DNA of 43,900 bases, filler included, from Jimgerdemannia flammicorona (lineage: Eukaryota): NCBI GenBank assembly GCA_003990765.1. It is 2 parts of 2 records of this genome, joined end to end, with 100 filler letters (N's around TTAATTAATTAA, not from the genome) between each part and the next. Parts side by side here need not be neighbours in the genome. Positions count along the whole stretch, not along the records: positions 1 to 21,904 come from RBNJ01001370.1; 1 more part is not named here. One strand, written 5' to 3'. Below the pieces are notes generated by a model. That model was not told where the DNA came from, made no database searches, and was given only the letters and a program-made list of their open reading frames with translations. Positions within the stretch are counted from its first letter, which is position 1. Each line of letters begins with the position of its first letter. Positions 1 to 11,833 of this stretch are shown here, in pieces. Position numbers and translations under genes: made by a program.

Positions 1-2160
1 CCAATCCTGCCAGGGGGGCCCCCCCCCTCTACCCCTTCCCTGTGAAAGACCACTTTGTCTAACACCATCACTACCCTCCCACCACTCTGCTCACAGATCC
101 TTACCACCAAATGGCAACATTGACCTCCCTGAGGACCCCAACCCACCCACCATCCAGTCAGCAGATCCCCCAACAGCCCCTCCCACCTCAACACCTTCTC
201 TTGCAGCCCCAACCACTGTCCCTCCTCAAATATAAAAAGCCAATATCCTGCTAGTCCCACCTATACTGCTAATACCCACCCTACAGTGAGCCAACTATCA
301 CTCACCCCATCTACAAGTCGAGATCTCAAGTCCACTCAGCGACCACCCTCCCCCCCCAGCCTCCTCCCCATGCCCAGTCTATCTCCTATTGCAGCCCAAA
401 ATTCCCCCAAAACCTCACACTCTCCCAGCCAATGTTCTGGTGTCTGTACATAACCCTTAGCTCACCCCACATCATAATACTCCTCACATTCGAATTGTCC
501 ACCCTCTACCAAATACCCCATGTGGAAATTCAGCATGACATTCCTCTGCAATATTCTCCACCATACCACCCAAAACTTGGGAGGAAGCCACCTCCGTACC
601 TCTGTACTCCAAGACCAGATACCTGCCCAGTCCCACTCCTCGCCGATCCCTGCTGCCTGCCAGCCACTCAGCCAAAGATCCTGGCTAAGCCCCTGCTAAT
701 ACTCCACTCTCTCCCCAATATTGAACATAGCCAGCAGAGCACCCCCCAGGAGCAGTCTATCCCAATGCCACATATTAGGCCCCCACACCGCCTCCCCCTT
801 ATTGCCTTGCCAGCACAGGCCAATTTGGTGCACTCCATCAGCCACTCCCCACCAAAAGCCCTTAAACCGCAGCCTCTAAATTCCATCTAATCTCACCAAA
901 GAGAGCAGATCTCTGGAGGACCCTCGAGGGGATGTTCGCATCTCCCACACCTTCTGTAGCAGAGGCACCCAACCTCCTCCCTGCAGGTCTACTACTCTCT
1001 TCAACCACCAAGCTTGCAAGCAGTGCAGCCTCTTAGGGAAGTCCACCAGGCCAAGGCCTCTCCTGACTACTGGTCTTGCAAGAGTATCCCAACTAACCTG
1101 GAACCTCCTTCTTGTCCAAATCCAATCCCTAGCCACCTTTGTCAGCTTCTTCACCACCCATGCTGGGAAGTTGGGGTGATATGCCACATACCACAGCTTG
1201 GGGAACCAATATACATTCAGGATTGACACCCACCCTGCTAGAGAGATCCAGCAGCCTCCCCAACCTTGAAGGGCCTCCCCCCAAATCTTCACCCTGCTCT
1301 CCCACCACTCATGTGGCAAGACAGAACCATATACAGAGAGGAAGATGCCCAGATACCACACCACCTCACCAGTAGGGACAATTGTTCTAATAACATCCCC
1401 ACCCACTAGCCCATTCCCTAGCACCATTGTCTCACACTTATGCCAGTTGAGCTTTGCCCCCGAGTGAGCCTTATACCATTCCACAGTCTCCTGAAGTGCC
1501 TCTACATCTGCTACAGACCCAAGACCAACTACTATATCATCAGCAAAGGCCCCCATCTTCCACACTATATCATATATAGAGAGCCCTGCCACCTTCTAGC
1601 GAATCCTATCCATCAATAGCTCCAGCGAAAGGGTATAGAGAATCAGGGACAGAGGGTCTCCCTGAGGAACTCCTCTACCCAAGGGAAATGCCCTCCCATA
1701 GTGACCATTACATATCAGAGCTGCCCTATTGCTTTCCAGTAGGCTCAACATAGAGGCCCTAAATCTTGTGGGCACACCAATTTGGTCCAAAACCTTGCCC
1801 AGCCACACCCACCATACATGGTCATAGGCCTTCTCCTGATCCAAAAAGACGAACCTTCTATCCAGTCCACAGGCCTGGGCCCCTTCAATGATACCATGAA
1901 CCCATGCAGTCCCATCTCTAATAAGTCTGCCCCCAACAAAGCCCTGCTGCTCCTCTCCCAGCATCTGTTGGGCAACTTTCTGCAGCCTTGCAACAATCAC
2001 CTTAGTCACCATCTTCCTGTCTATATCCAGAAGCATGATCAGCCTCCAGTTCTTCCAGTCTTCCCTCCTCCCCTTGTCTTTATACAATAAGGCCACCAGC
2101 CTGAGATCCTGCTCTCCAACCCACTCACTGCTCTGAAGGACATGATCACAGTCCAAGAGA

Positions 2161-2196
<36 letters not shown>

Positions 2197-3710
2197 ACAT
2201 GATCATAGAGAGCAGCCATCTCACCCAAAACACTGGGGACATTCACCATCTTCTTCCAGAAGTCCCACGGCAATCCATCCTCTCCAGGCACTGTCCCAAG
2301 TTTAGTCACTGCTAGGATACTCTGGATCTCCTCTCCCTGCACTGGTAAGATCAAGTCTCCCAGACCAGCTATTTGCGGCAGCTCCCACTCTTCCAGTGTA
2401 CCTGCAATTTCCTCCTCATCAGCACTCCCTTCTCCCTCACTCCACAAACCCTGCCATCTCTCCTTCAATACCTCTAATATTTGTTGTGTGCCATGTACCA
2501 TTTCCCCACCATCATCCAGGACCCCATCCCACTGATGTCTCACCCTCCTAGTGTTGAGAAGTCTGGAAAGGTACCTAGTAGGCCACTCCCCCTCCTCAAG
2601 CCCCTGCCATCGTAGCCTGGCAGCCAAACCCCACATATGAGTCTCCTCCTCTTCCCTCAACACCTGTTGTAGTTCCACTATCTCCAATTTCACCCTCTCT
2701 ATCCTCCAATCCTCTACCCCAACAATAGTGAGCAAATCCACCCACTCCATTTGTAGTCTCCTCAGCCTGCTGGTAGCACACCTTGTGCACCTCCTCCTCT
2801 ACCTCCCAGCCTCACTACCAGCCCCTCCCTAATAAACCCTTGCAGCCTCTTTCAATCTCATCTAGCAGTCAGCCACAGGCAGACCTTCACACTGCCAGAT
2901 CAAAACTTTTGCCTGAATGTCCTCTGCCCACAATTCCCACAACTCCTTCTCAGCCAGCAGGGAGAAGTTAAGGTGCCAATGTCTGGGTCCATCTCTACTC
3001 CCCCCAAACTGCCCCTGCCCCAATAGTCCCCAGTGATCAGACCATGGGCACCACTCTACTTCCAATGCCTTCCAAACATCTGAACCACAGTACTCTGCCA
3101 TCAGAATCCAGTCAATCCTTGTGCCCAAGCCATTCACCCAATGTGTGTAGACCCTGTCATCACCCCACCTTATTCTGCCCATATCCCCCAAGGAACTCAA
3201 TGTCTCCACCTCCTCCCATACATCCAGACCTCCACTTCTACCCCCAGCACTCCTCCCTCCATCAGTTCTGTCCAGACGCAGATTCCAAACCATATTGAAG
3301 TCTCCACTGAGAACATCGACCCCTTCCTCCAAGAGAATACTCTCCTCCAGCAGCCCCCTAATCCATGCAGTCCTCTCACCCTGAACTGCAGGGCAGTAGC
3401 AAGAGCCCACCTTCACCAATTCCCATCCTGGTTGATGCCAATCTCCCCAGACCAAGTGATCACCCCAGCTCCTGATACCCCCCAAGTCTCCTCTGCCCCT
3501 CCTCACCAGAATCGCTACCTTTCCAAACCAAGTAGCAGCCCCACCCCATTCTCTAGTCCACTCTACCCGATCATCCTCATCCTCACACCGAATATCCTGT
3601 AGTAAAAAGAGATCAGCCTCCCCCTTGAGCCAAGTAAAAATGTTCTTATGCCACCCAGAGCCCCTTAACCCATTCACATTCAAGGAGAAAATGTTGGTTG
3701 TACTGTTCAT
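1..3710 (-). pseudogene. LINE-A ORF2 (AP endonuclease + reverse transcriptase), disrupted
   Basis: APE motifs IFSLNVNGL, FLLQD, SGDFN, RIDWI and SDH in ORF 2862..3785 (ATG 3710). RT motifs DQEKAYD and GVPQGDPLS in 1596..2750 and FADD in 876..1592. Several stops and frameshifts. Confidence 0.93.
2136..2205 (+). mobile_element. Extremely 5'-truncated LINE insertion: ~14-nt 3' tip + A32, flanked by a 13-bp TSD
   Basis: AAGGACATGATCA at 2136-2148 and 2193-2205 flanks CAGTCCAAGAGACT and poly(A) 2163-2194. The insert matches the LINE-C 3' end (AGTCCAAGTGACT, 22023-22011 minus strand) at 12 of 13 positions. Confidence 0.85.
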
Positions 3711-3714
3711 TAAG

Positions 3715-5740
3715 AATACTGATATATTGTGGTCCCATCCTCTACAAGTCTGCATTCTGCTCCTCCTGCACCAAGTCCAAGTCATGTTCAGCAGCTAGTT
3801 CCCTCTCCCCAGCCTCCTGTGCTGCCAACTCTCTAAGAAGTTCTACCATTGCCCCATCTTCACACTCCTCAAAGTCCTCCCGATACTCCAGACAGACCTC
3901 CTAGCAGAGCCTCAGACCATGATACTCTGCCCAACAGTATGTTGCCCATTCACCAGCAACCACCCCCAACTCTGTCTTCCTCACCTCATCAACCTCATAT
4001 CTCTCCTCCTCTAGGAAAATTGCCAGAATCTCCACCTTCAGTGCCTCCACCATTCTATCACTATGCAGAATTCGTGCCCAATGCTCCTCAGGCATCGCCC
4101 ACAGGTCTACTTCCCCCAAAGCCTCCGCTGCAAGATTATCCATCACCTTGTGCATCCACAACAAGTTTCCCACCTCTTTCCCTCCTGGAGTCCCTGGCCG
4201 CCCTACATCCAGCATTGTGGTATCTACTCCTACACTGGCAGCCTCATCCCACTCCTCCTCAGGGACATCCACCAGCTCCTCCTCACCAACTGCTACCACC
4301 TGACTCTCTTGCATCACATCAGGGACCCCAAAGTGCACCTGCTGGGCCCCCTGCATCTGTGTATCCTCCATCGTCCCTCTCTTCCCCACCAGGTCCTCCT
4401 GATAAGTGGGGGGGGGGTGGCATCCAACTCTGGCTCCCACACTTCGAAGGTTCCATCAGCAAAAGGGTCTTGTCCAGCATCTTCCCAGCCCCTACCTCCT
4501 TTGCCTCCATCTCCTCTCTTCCATTACCCGCCCAGACACTGGCCTTCATACCTCCAGACTCCCCAGCTCCAACTGACTTCTTCTCCACCCCTCTGGTCAT
4601 ACTGGCCAATAGCTCCCTCTGCCTCTGGCATCCCTGGGCCTGCTCCCACTGCTTCCTGTCCATATGGATATGCTTCCCGCCTACAACCTCCAGATATGTC
4701 AACTCCTCATACAGTTTCCAGGCCTTCACCCTCCTCTCCACAGCACCACCCAACTCCTCCAGTGCCTCCAACAGGTCCTCCTCCTCCTCTTCACTCCCTT
4801 TCACCCTCAACACCTTGCAGACGACAGCCCCCCACATCAGCACTGAAGGCCAGTCACTCGTCTTCCCTGTGGCCTCCTTGCCCACTAGCCGAATCCTGAC
4901 ATCGACATCACCTGTCCTGATTGTGGTCCCCTCCTACACCTGAAAGCCTATGTCCACCACATCACTATACTCTACCATCACCTCCTCCACCCTCTTCCTC
5001 ATCTCCTCCTTAGTCACTGTGGGCACCCCCCTCACTAGAAGCTGCACCACCCTGGGGTCCCACCTCAAGTACCACACCATAGGTACCACTACCTCTCCAA
5101 CTATGACTCAAGTCTTCAGGGCTACATCCAGTGGGCCTGCTTCCTCAAACCCCACCTCAACCCCCTCTAAGCCCTTCAAGAACTTCACCAAGGCTGCCCC
5201 CTCCACCTGCTTTGAAATTAGCCCCAGAACCATCCTTGCCATCACTGTCAAGCCCTGGAAGCACAAGGTGACAGTGAACTCCGAAATTGACTTCTTGAGT
5301 AATGGGGCCACTGCCAGCCCCATTACACCATCTGCCAGGTCCCCCTTCTGCATTGGGAACCTCTGCCCCCCCTGGCCATCAGCCGTCACATCTCTTTTTT
5401 TCTTCTGATTTGCCATCACACCACCATCAGCAGTCCTGCCACTATCCCCAGCAGCAGCTCCACTTCCACCACCTCCTCCTGGCAAAGGCCCAGCTCCCAC
5501 GGCAGCCCCATCCTTCTGTTTCCCCTTCCCTCCTGCCTGACCACCGCGGGATCCTGTTGAACAGCCCCCAGTCCTCAGCATGTCCGCAAAGCTCCTTCCC
5601 TGCTGCCTTCCAGCCCCCCCACCAGTACCACTTCTACTCCCCAAGCTGTCCTACCCATCTGAGCTACCAAAAGACTCCATCCCCAGTCCATACCCTCTCT
5701 CAACATACTGCTAGTTGAAGGCCCCAGGTCTGCCTGACCT
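3715..5740 (-). pseudogene. LINE-A ORF1, fragmented (ends approximate)
   Basis: Fragments 5108..5644, 4319..4885 and 3901..4440 lie upstream of ORF2. The motif GKEATGxxxDWP...GSEEEEEDLL recurs in LINE-B and LINE-C ORF1. Confidence 0.75.
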
Positions 5741-5841
5741 AGTATACATGTTGGCTTGCTTACTGATCGATATTTCCTTAATAACTTTCTCCAATAAATG
5801 ACTTGAAAGTATGTTGTAAAATGTGTGTAATGTGAATTGTA

Positions 5842-7072
5842 GTGCCAATAGCTCTCTCTGCTGCTTGTGCTCTTGGGCCTACTCCCACTGCCCCTTGTTA
5901 GTTCGAATCCTCTTCCCCTCCACAATCTCCAGATATGTCATCTCCTCATAGAGCTTTTAGGCCTTCACCCTCCATTCAACTGCCCCACTCAACTCCTCCA
6001 GCACTTCCAACAAGTCCTCCTCCTCCTCTTCACTCCCCTTCACCCTTAACACCCTACAGACAACAGCCCCCCACATTAATACAGAAGGCCAGTCATTCGC
6101 CTTTCCAGTGGCCTCTCTCCCAGCCAGCCTAATCCTGACATCCACATCACCTATCCTGATTGCTGTCCCCTTCCACACCCAGAATCCAATATCCACTACA
6201 TCACTATACTCCATCACCATCTCCTTTACCCTCCTCCTAGTCTCAACCTTCATCACTGTAGACACTCCTTTGACTAGCAACTATACTACTCTGGGGTCCT
6301 ACCTAAGGTAGTATACCATAGGGACTGCCACTTCGCCCACTACCAATCCAGTCTTCATTACCTCCTCTAGTGGGCCTGCCTTCTCAAAGTCCACCTCCAC
6401 CCCCTCCAGCCCCTTCAGGAACTTCACTGAGGCTGCCCCAGCCACCTGTTGTGAGATAAGCCCCAGGACCATCCTTGCCATCACTACTAAGCCCTGGAAG
6501 CACAAGGTAGCTACAAACTCCAAAACTGACTTTTTGAGTAATAGTGTCACCACCAGCCCCACCACACCATTGGCCAGGTCCCCCTTCCTAATCAGTAGCC
6601 CCAATCCCACCCTACCATCAGCCATCACATCTCTTTTTTTTTCCTAATTACCCATTACACCTCCATCAGCAGTTCCACTCCCAGCCACTACTCCTCCAGA
6701 CTCTATGCTCCTACTCAGTATGAGAATCTCCTCCCTGTCCAACACTCGCCTTGTCCTTCCCCACAGCAGTATCAGCTCTGTCTCTAACTGGCCATCCACT
6801 CCCCTTCACCTTATCAGCAAAGCTTGAGGGACCCATCCTTCCCCTAATACCACCTGACACCGGCTCTCCTCCAGAGCCCTTGCCACCCTTCAACCCTCCA
6901 AAGGCCTCCATCCCCAGACCATACTCCCTCCCAACATTCTGCCAGCCAAAAGCCCCAGATCCCCCTGACCCAGTATGCCCATTAGAACTCTTGCTTAAAG
7001 ATATTTTGATAGTACCTTTTCTCCAAGTTGTGTGGAAAACCATTGCTTGAAGTTTGTGTAACGTGAATTGTA
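5842..7072 (-). mobile_element. LINE-B: 5' part (5' UTR + ORF1 fragment) of a related LINE, interrupted by LINE-A
   Basis: ORFs 5957..6280 and 6299..6628 are close paralogs of LINE-A ORF1 (LCFQGL...MARMVLGLIS; DWPSVLMWGAVVC). Nucleotide homology to LINE-A ~4606 onward runs down to ~5843. Confidence 0.85.
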
Positions 7073-7085
7073 CATGTGAGAGCCT

Positions 7086-7304
7086 GAACTATAGATTTGC
7101 TATCTATAGTATGTTTGGGCAGATGGTCACTGTCTGGTGGATAGCCACTGTCCAGGGGACAGCCATTGTTCACATTATTCCCTTCTTTAGTTATCTGGTT
7201 ATTTATACATTTTTCCACAGCAATGGTTGCTGGTCACTATACTATACTAATGTTCACATCATCTGATTAGGTTTTGAGATTGCTACGTTTCATGGTTTGT
7301 TATA
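7086..7304 (-). repeat. LTR (U3) fragment related to the LTR at 40416-41790
   Basis: AACTATAGATTTGCTATCT (~7088) is the reverse complement of AGATAGCAAATCTATAGTT (~40694). 7245-7304 aligns to the reverse complement of 40416-40480, with the terminal TG decayed to TA. Confidence 0.7.
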
Positions 7305-8590
7305 ATATATATACTCTTATAAATTAATAAACTACTTAATTAAATATATAATGTTAAGATTTTTTTACTTATTTGATCTTATATATAAATATTATCAAAT
7401 TTGCATTAAGGAAGAAATTAACTTAAAGATAATATTTTGAATAAGATTTAAATATTATAAATTCTATATAATACTATTCAGTCTTATTAATATATATATC
7501 AGCAATCTTCCAGATATTAATGAATGATATATTTTAAAAATACTTTAGAATATTTATTCTAATATATCTGGATGATATCTGAGTATATAGTATAAGTAAT
7601 ACTATCTACTAATAATACTTACAAATAGTTTTCAATATACTTTATAAAAACAAACTTTCAGTAAAGAAAAAGAAATATCACTTCTTCAAGAAGAAAATTA
7701 AATACTTAAAATATATCATTTTAGTAAATAGCATTGCTATTAATTTAAAGAAAACCAAAGTAATTTATAATTAGTCAATACTGAAAACTCTCAAGTCTCT
7801 ATAAGGATTTAATAGATTAGCTAAATATTATAAAAGATTTATTTAAGAGTTTTTAGCAATTGTCTCTTTACTTATAAGTTTCTATAAGAAGGAAACCAAT
7901 ATCAAAAAAGAATGAATAGAAGATTATACTATTGCTATAAACACTCTTAAGAGAATGCTAACTAATATTCTAACTCTAATTAGCTCTGATCCTTCAGAAC
8001 TCTTCACTATTACTATAGATGTCTCAATTATTACTATTAAAGTTATACTAATTCAGTTTAAATACTCTGTTGCATACCTATCCCAGAAGCTAAATAAGCA
8101 TGAGAAGAACTATACTATACAAGATAAGGAACTCTTTACTATTATCTGATTTTAACAAATATAGATCTTAATAAGAAATTCATCTTATAGACAGATTATT
8201 AAGCCCTTTAATACATTTAGATACAGCCAATTCTCATAGAAAGACAAGCATAATGAATGCAGATTCTTGCACTCTTTGATGTCAAAATCAAGCACATTAC
8301 TGATATCAAGAATAAAGTAACTGATATACTCTTCTGAAATACTCAGAAGGATGACCTCACAGCAATTAGCAACATTATTACCAGCCTGTTTGAGGAAGTC
8401 AAGAAGGAGTATACCAAGGATGCCAATATATAAAAAATTGTCAAATAAATCCTCAAAGAAGGAAGCAATATCATGAAGAGAGTATTCAAGAATATTTCTG
8501 TCCAAAATAGATATACGTATCTTGACAATATAAGAATTTGAGTCCCACAGCAACTCTGTGTTATATTCATCCTCTACCTTACTATAGGGT
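7305..8590 (+). mobile_element. Hypermutated Ty3/Gypsy pol relic (RT-RNase H-start of integrase)
   Basis: YLDDI at ~7565 and RNase H VAYLSQKLNKHEKNYTIQDKELFTII in ORF 7955..8149. Extremely AT-rich, with pervasive C>T/G>A changes relative to conserved RT motifs. Confidence 0.85.
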
Positions 8591-9984
8591 CAATATTTCG
8601 AATGAACAACTCAATGTCCAAACTGTCGAGATGCATCGTTATCTCATCCGTCCACCCTAGAGGCTCGCTCGATGTTGCAAGAATTTTGACTGCATATTTG
8701 ATGATGCAATTTCCCGAAGCCATTCACCCAACGTCACAGCTTTCTCGCCACGTGCTTCCGCACGCTTCAAGGCATCGGCATGATCGAAGAACAGCAAACT
8801 TGATGGATAGCTCACGAATTCCTTGATGACGACTGACCCTAAATTCGGAATGTCTTTAATCGCGACCAAATCTCATCGGGGAATATAGCCTCAACCAGGT
8901 GCCAAAGTATTCGGCGAGCGACATAGTCATGCCATTGAACTGCCAAACGAATATCCCATTAGGGAAGAAATGAGATATCTACCTCACCACCTCTACGGCC
9001 AATGCCGCCTTGCCCTGCCCGCCGATGCCTCAATTATATACACATGACACGACTGTGTCCCGCGTTTCCCCATACGATACAAAACAGAGCATTATTCGAC
9101 AAACTGCTTCTTGCGTCGACGTGGCGGGGATTACCTCAAGGTTGTTTGGGGGAGATGTGAAAGTTCGACCTTGGGCTTGCCCTCTTCGCACCTGAACAAA
9201 GCTATCATGTGGATGAGTAGAACACCATGGCACTGGTCATGTACTCTCCTCTGATGTCGTTGTTCTTGAATAATATGCGTGTTCGCCACATTGTGTCCTC
9301 GATCGTCGAGTGAAGTCGCGAGTGTCGCAAGCGGATAGGAAGACGAGCCTGACACTCTTGGGTAAAGTGACGAAGCTCCCTATAGATGCGTGCTTTCATC
9401 ATCTTCGAAGATGAGAGCCCTCTGATCTATGAGCGTCGTCGTACAATACCCACAAAATGAAGCACCACAGCCATTTCGTTGTGCAGCAAGAGCAATCATT
9501 TCATTTCATATACAGTTGGCAGGAAAATATACTCCAATAAAACCGTCTTCTCGTTTTTGGAGAACCTGTTGATAAAATCCTGAAACTGATCTATCAGACA
9601 TAGATCTACCAGAACTTCTGCACCAGGTTTAGAATCATTCGGCGGAATAATGGGATCCAGCGTAATGGCCACAATTCGCAATAAAAGTGAGTGCGAACTT
9701 TGTACCATCCCACGCATATTGTAGAGGTACCATTTAGGTGTTCGGCACTGCCGGAGAAGAGCGCTTTAAATAGCGCGATGTCAAAGTCATGGAACTTAAA
9801 CTTGAACGAATGGCATCGACGAAATCGCTAGATGATCGATGAGTGGGCTTGTTCGAGACCACAAGTCAATGACCGCAGGAATGTCTCGGGCGCCGGGTAT
9901 TAAGCGCTTCATGCTCGTTCGCTTAACGCCAATGTCTAAAACGTAGGGCGCATGTAATTCACGATGTAATTTCCTTTCTGGCAT
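8590..9984 (-). pseudogene. CHAT (caspase-like peptidase) + STAND/NB-ARC-type NTPase (NLR-like) pseudogene, 3'-truncated
   Basis: Manual translation across frameshifts gives, in order: IALFKALFSG (~9780), VLHFVG (9465-9448), ALIFEDDES (9418-9392), VRLVFLSACDT (9353-9321), Walker A GIGGQGKAALA (9029-8997), HFFPNGIFVW, Walker B LLFFDHAD (8797-8774), then KILATSSEPLG...ELF (~8690-8600). Confidence 0.8.
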
Positions 9985-10329
9985 TAACGCAGTTGCGCCC
10001 TATTCCTGTATTTTCCACTCATGTAATATTCACTCGCAACATGTCGTCACACCTACGCTCATTGTGCTCTCCCGTACATTCGTACGCGTTTTTCATTACC
10101 ACCCGCCCCCCACTACACATACATTTACACTTCAAAAAGGCCGGTTTCTCCGTGAGTCTTTTCTACCCAAATACACATATATACACTTGACCGAACAATT
10201 ACTGCACACATTCGTGAAGGGATTTGGTGGTCAACATTTGTCTATTAATCTGAAATATCTTGCACCCCAGCTTCTTACGTGTGTTGACTTTGGTGGGATG
10301 TATATTGAACCGAAGTTGACCAACTTCTC

Positions 10330-11600
10330 GCGAAACTGTGGGCCACTCAATCAAATTTGTCACCATTTTTATTTGACAAATAGTTTGGCCCTCTCAGTGT
10401 AATCAGAAAAGGTATTTTCGTGAGATTCCAATATGAGGTTGTGATTGGCGTCCCCATAGGCCCTTGTTGCGAAGGTTTTTGTCTCAGCAATGAGCATTGC
10501 CTGTGCCGTTTATATTTCAGCTCCTCGAGTCGTGGTTTCAAGTTACTGGTCACGTTGTCTTTTCGGGAATCGGCTGAGCATCAAACGAGTTGACCTGATC
10601 CCTTCGGCGCAAGGGTTGTCAATCGAAACATGGCCTAATCCTTTTCCCAGAATTTCGCCTTTCACGTGCGAGGCTTCAATTGGAACAAATACATCTCCGT
10701 TGGCGTGAGATAATGCGGACAGGGGTCGTAAATATTTACCTGGGCGGTATAAATCGCAAACTGTTTACCAGAACTGGCGCCCTGGTAAGGTTATATAGCA
10801 CCTGGTTCTATCCATCCTTGGGTTTGGGCTGACAAGTATGTTACACTTCGACAAATTTTGTCCAATTTTTAGTCACTAGCTCCATCCGTCCCTATCAACT
10901 CTACCTCGCCTACCAAAGCGATATCCCCAATTGAACTCAACGAAGACGACCCTTGTGTTCACCTTGACATGCGTCAACTCGACTGGGTCTACAACTCAAT
11001 TTGCTTCAATATCATCAACGTCTTCGCCTATATTTGGTGTGTCCAAATCCACGTGCTCGCGCAATACCCGATATAGTCGGCTATGACATGTTGTGTTCAT
11101 CTCATGGCAGTGACTCGGAGCTCGACATGCTTTACGTCCGCAATCAGCACTTGACAATTCGAAAGGCATACCCAAATGTACGAGCTCCCTCGTCGCGGAA
11201 GGGCACCAAGAAAACAGTCTTCGAGATGCTCTCAATGCAACCGTTTCTCGCGGTAGTCGATTGTGGCTCTCGTGGAGGCTCCAGATCCGAACGTCAAGAT
11301 TGTAAGCTTTAAAGTTCCTCCCCATTGACAGGCTTTCCTAATGCAGAAACAACACGAGGGCTCAGATTCAGTTAGATGGAAATATTTAAGAGAGCATTCT
11401 TTGTCCTCGCAGACTAGTTTCACGCAACGCCGATCGTTGCGTGGTTCGTTGCAGATATGACCATTTGAATTTTGATATCCCCGACCGGTTTAGCCGACAA
11501 CGCACTTAATGCGCGGTGCGCTGTCCCTCTCCAGCGTGGCTTATTAAGCCTCTTGGCATTCGGCTTACACACCGTGCGCGAATGATTCATCGTAATTACA
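10330..11600 (-). pseudogene. Possible degraded coding relic with Cys/His-rich (PHD-like) segments
   Basis: Minus-strand HICNEPRNDRRCVKLVCEDKECSLKYFH...CCFC (~11460-11340) loosely resembles a PHD finger. Acidic protein-like stretches lie downstream. No continuous frame. Confidence 0.25.
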
Positions 11601-11749
11601 AAACACCCGTTATGGCGTGTAATTTTCCCCTTTGGATATATATTCGAGCGGCGCCTCGAGTAAATCACGTTTGGCAACACTGCCCCCTTTGGTTGATGAC
11701 GTTTTCTAAGCCCAAAACTCATGATTATCAATGCACGTTTTGAAAAAGG

Positions 11750-11756
11750 TATAAAA
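11750..11756 (+). promoter_or_regulatory. Putative TATA box of the cupredoxin gene
   Basis: TATAAAA about 80 bp upstream of ATG 11834. Confidence 0.5.
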
Positions 11757-11833
11757 GGATACACATTTTCAATTCCCAATTCTCTTCATTTGCACATCCG
11801 CAAGTACCAGTTGCTCGACCTTCAATCCCAAAC

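Larger units (their letters stand above)
1..5841 (-). mobile_element. LINE-A: L1/Tx1-like non-LTR retrotransposon, degenerate, 3' end runs off the left edge
   Basis: ORF1 remnants followed by APE+RT ORF2 fragments on the minus strand. The 5' end at ~5841 is defined by the motif TACAATTCAC(A/G)TTACAC shared with LINE-B and by an abrupt switch to LINE-B ORF1 sequence. Confidence 0.92.

Noticed and set aside
432..7050. Many Pro/Ser-rich plus-strand ORFs (e.g. 3849..4943, 4063..4899, 4950..5408)
   Set aside because: Antisense shadows of the G-rich LINE coding strand, with no independent motifs. The same applies at 33789-38223.
10330..11000. Gasdermin-like partner of the CHAT protease
   Set aside because: Looked for specifically, but no gasdermin-like sequence could be recognised.
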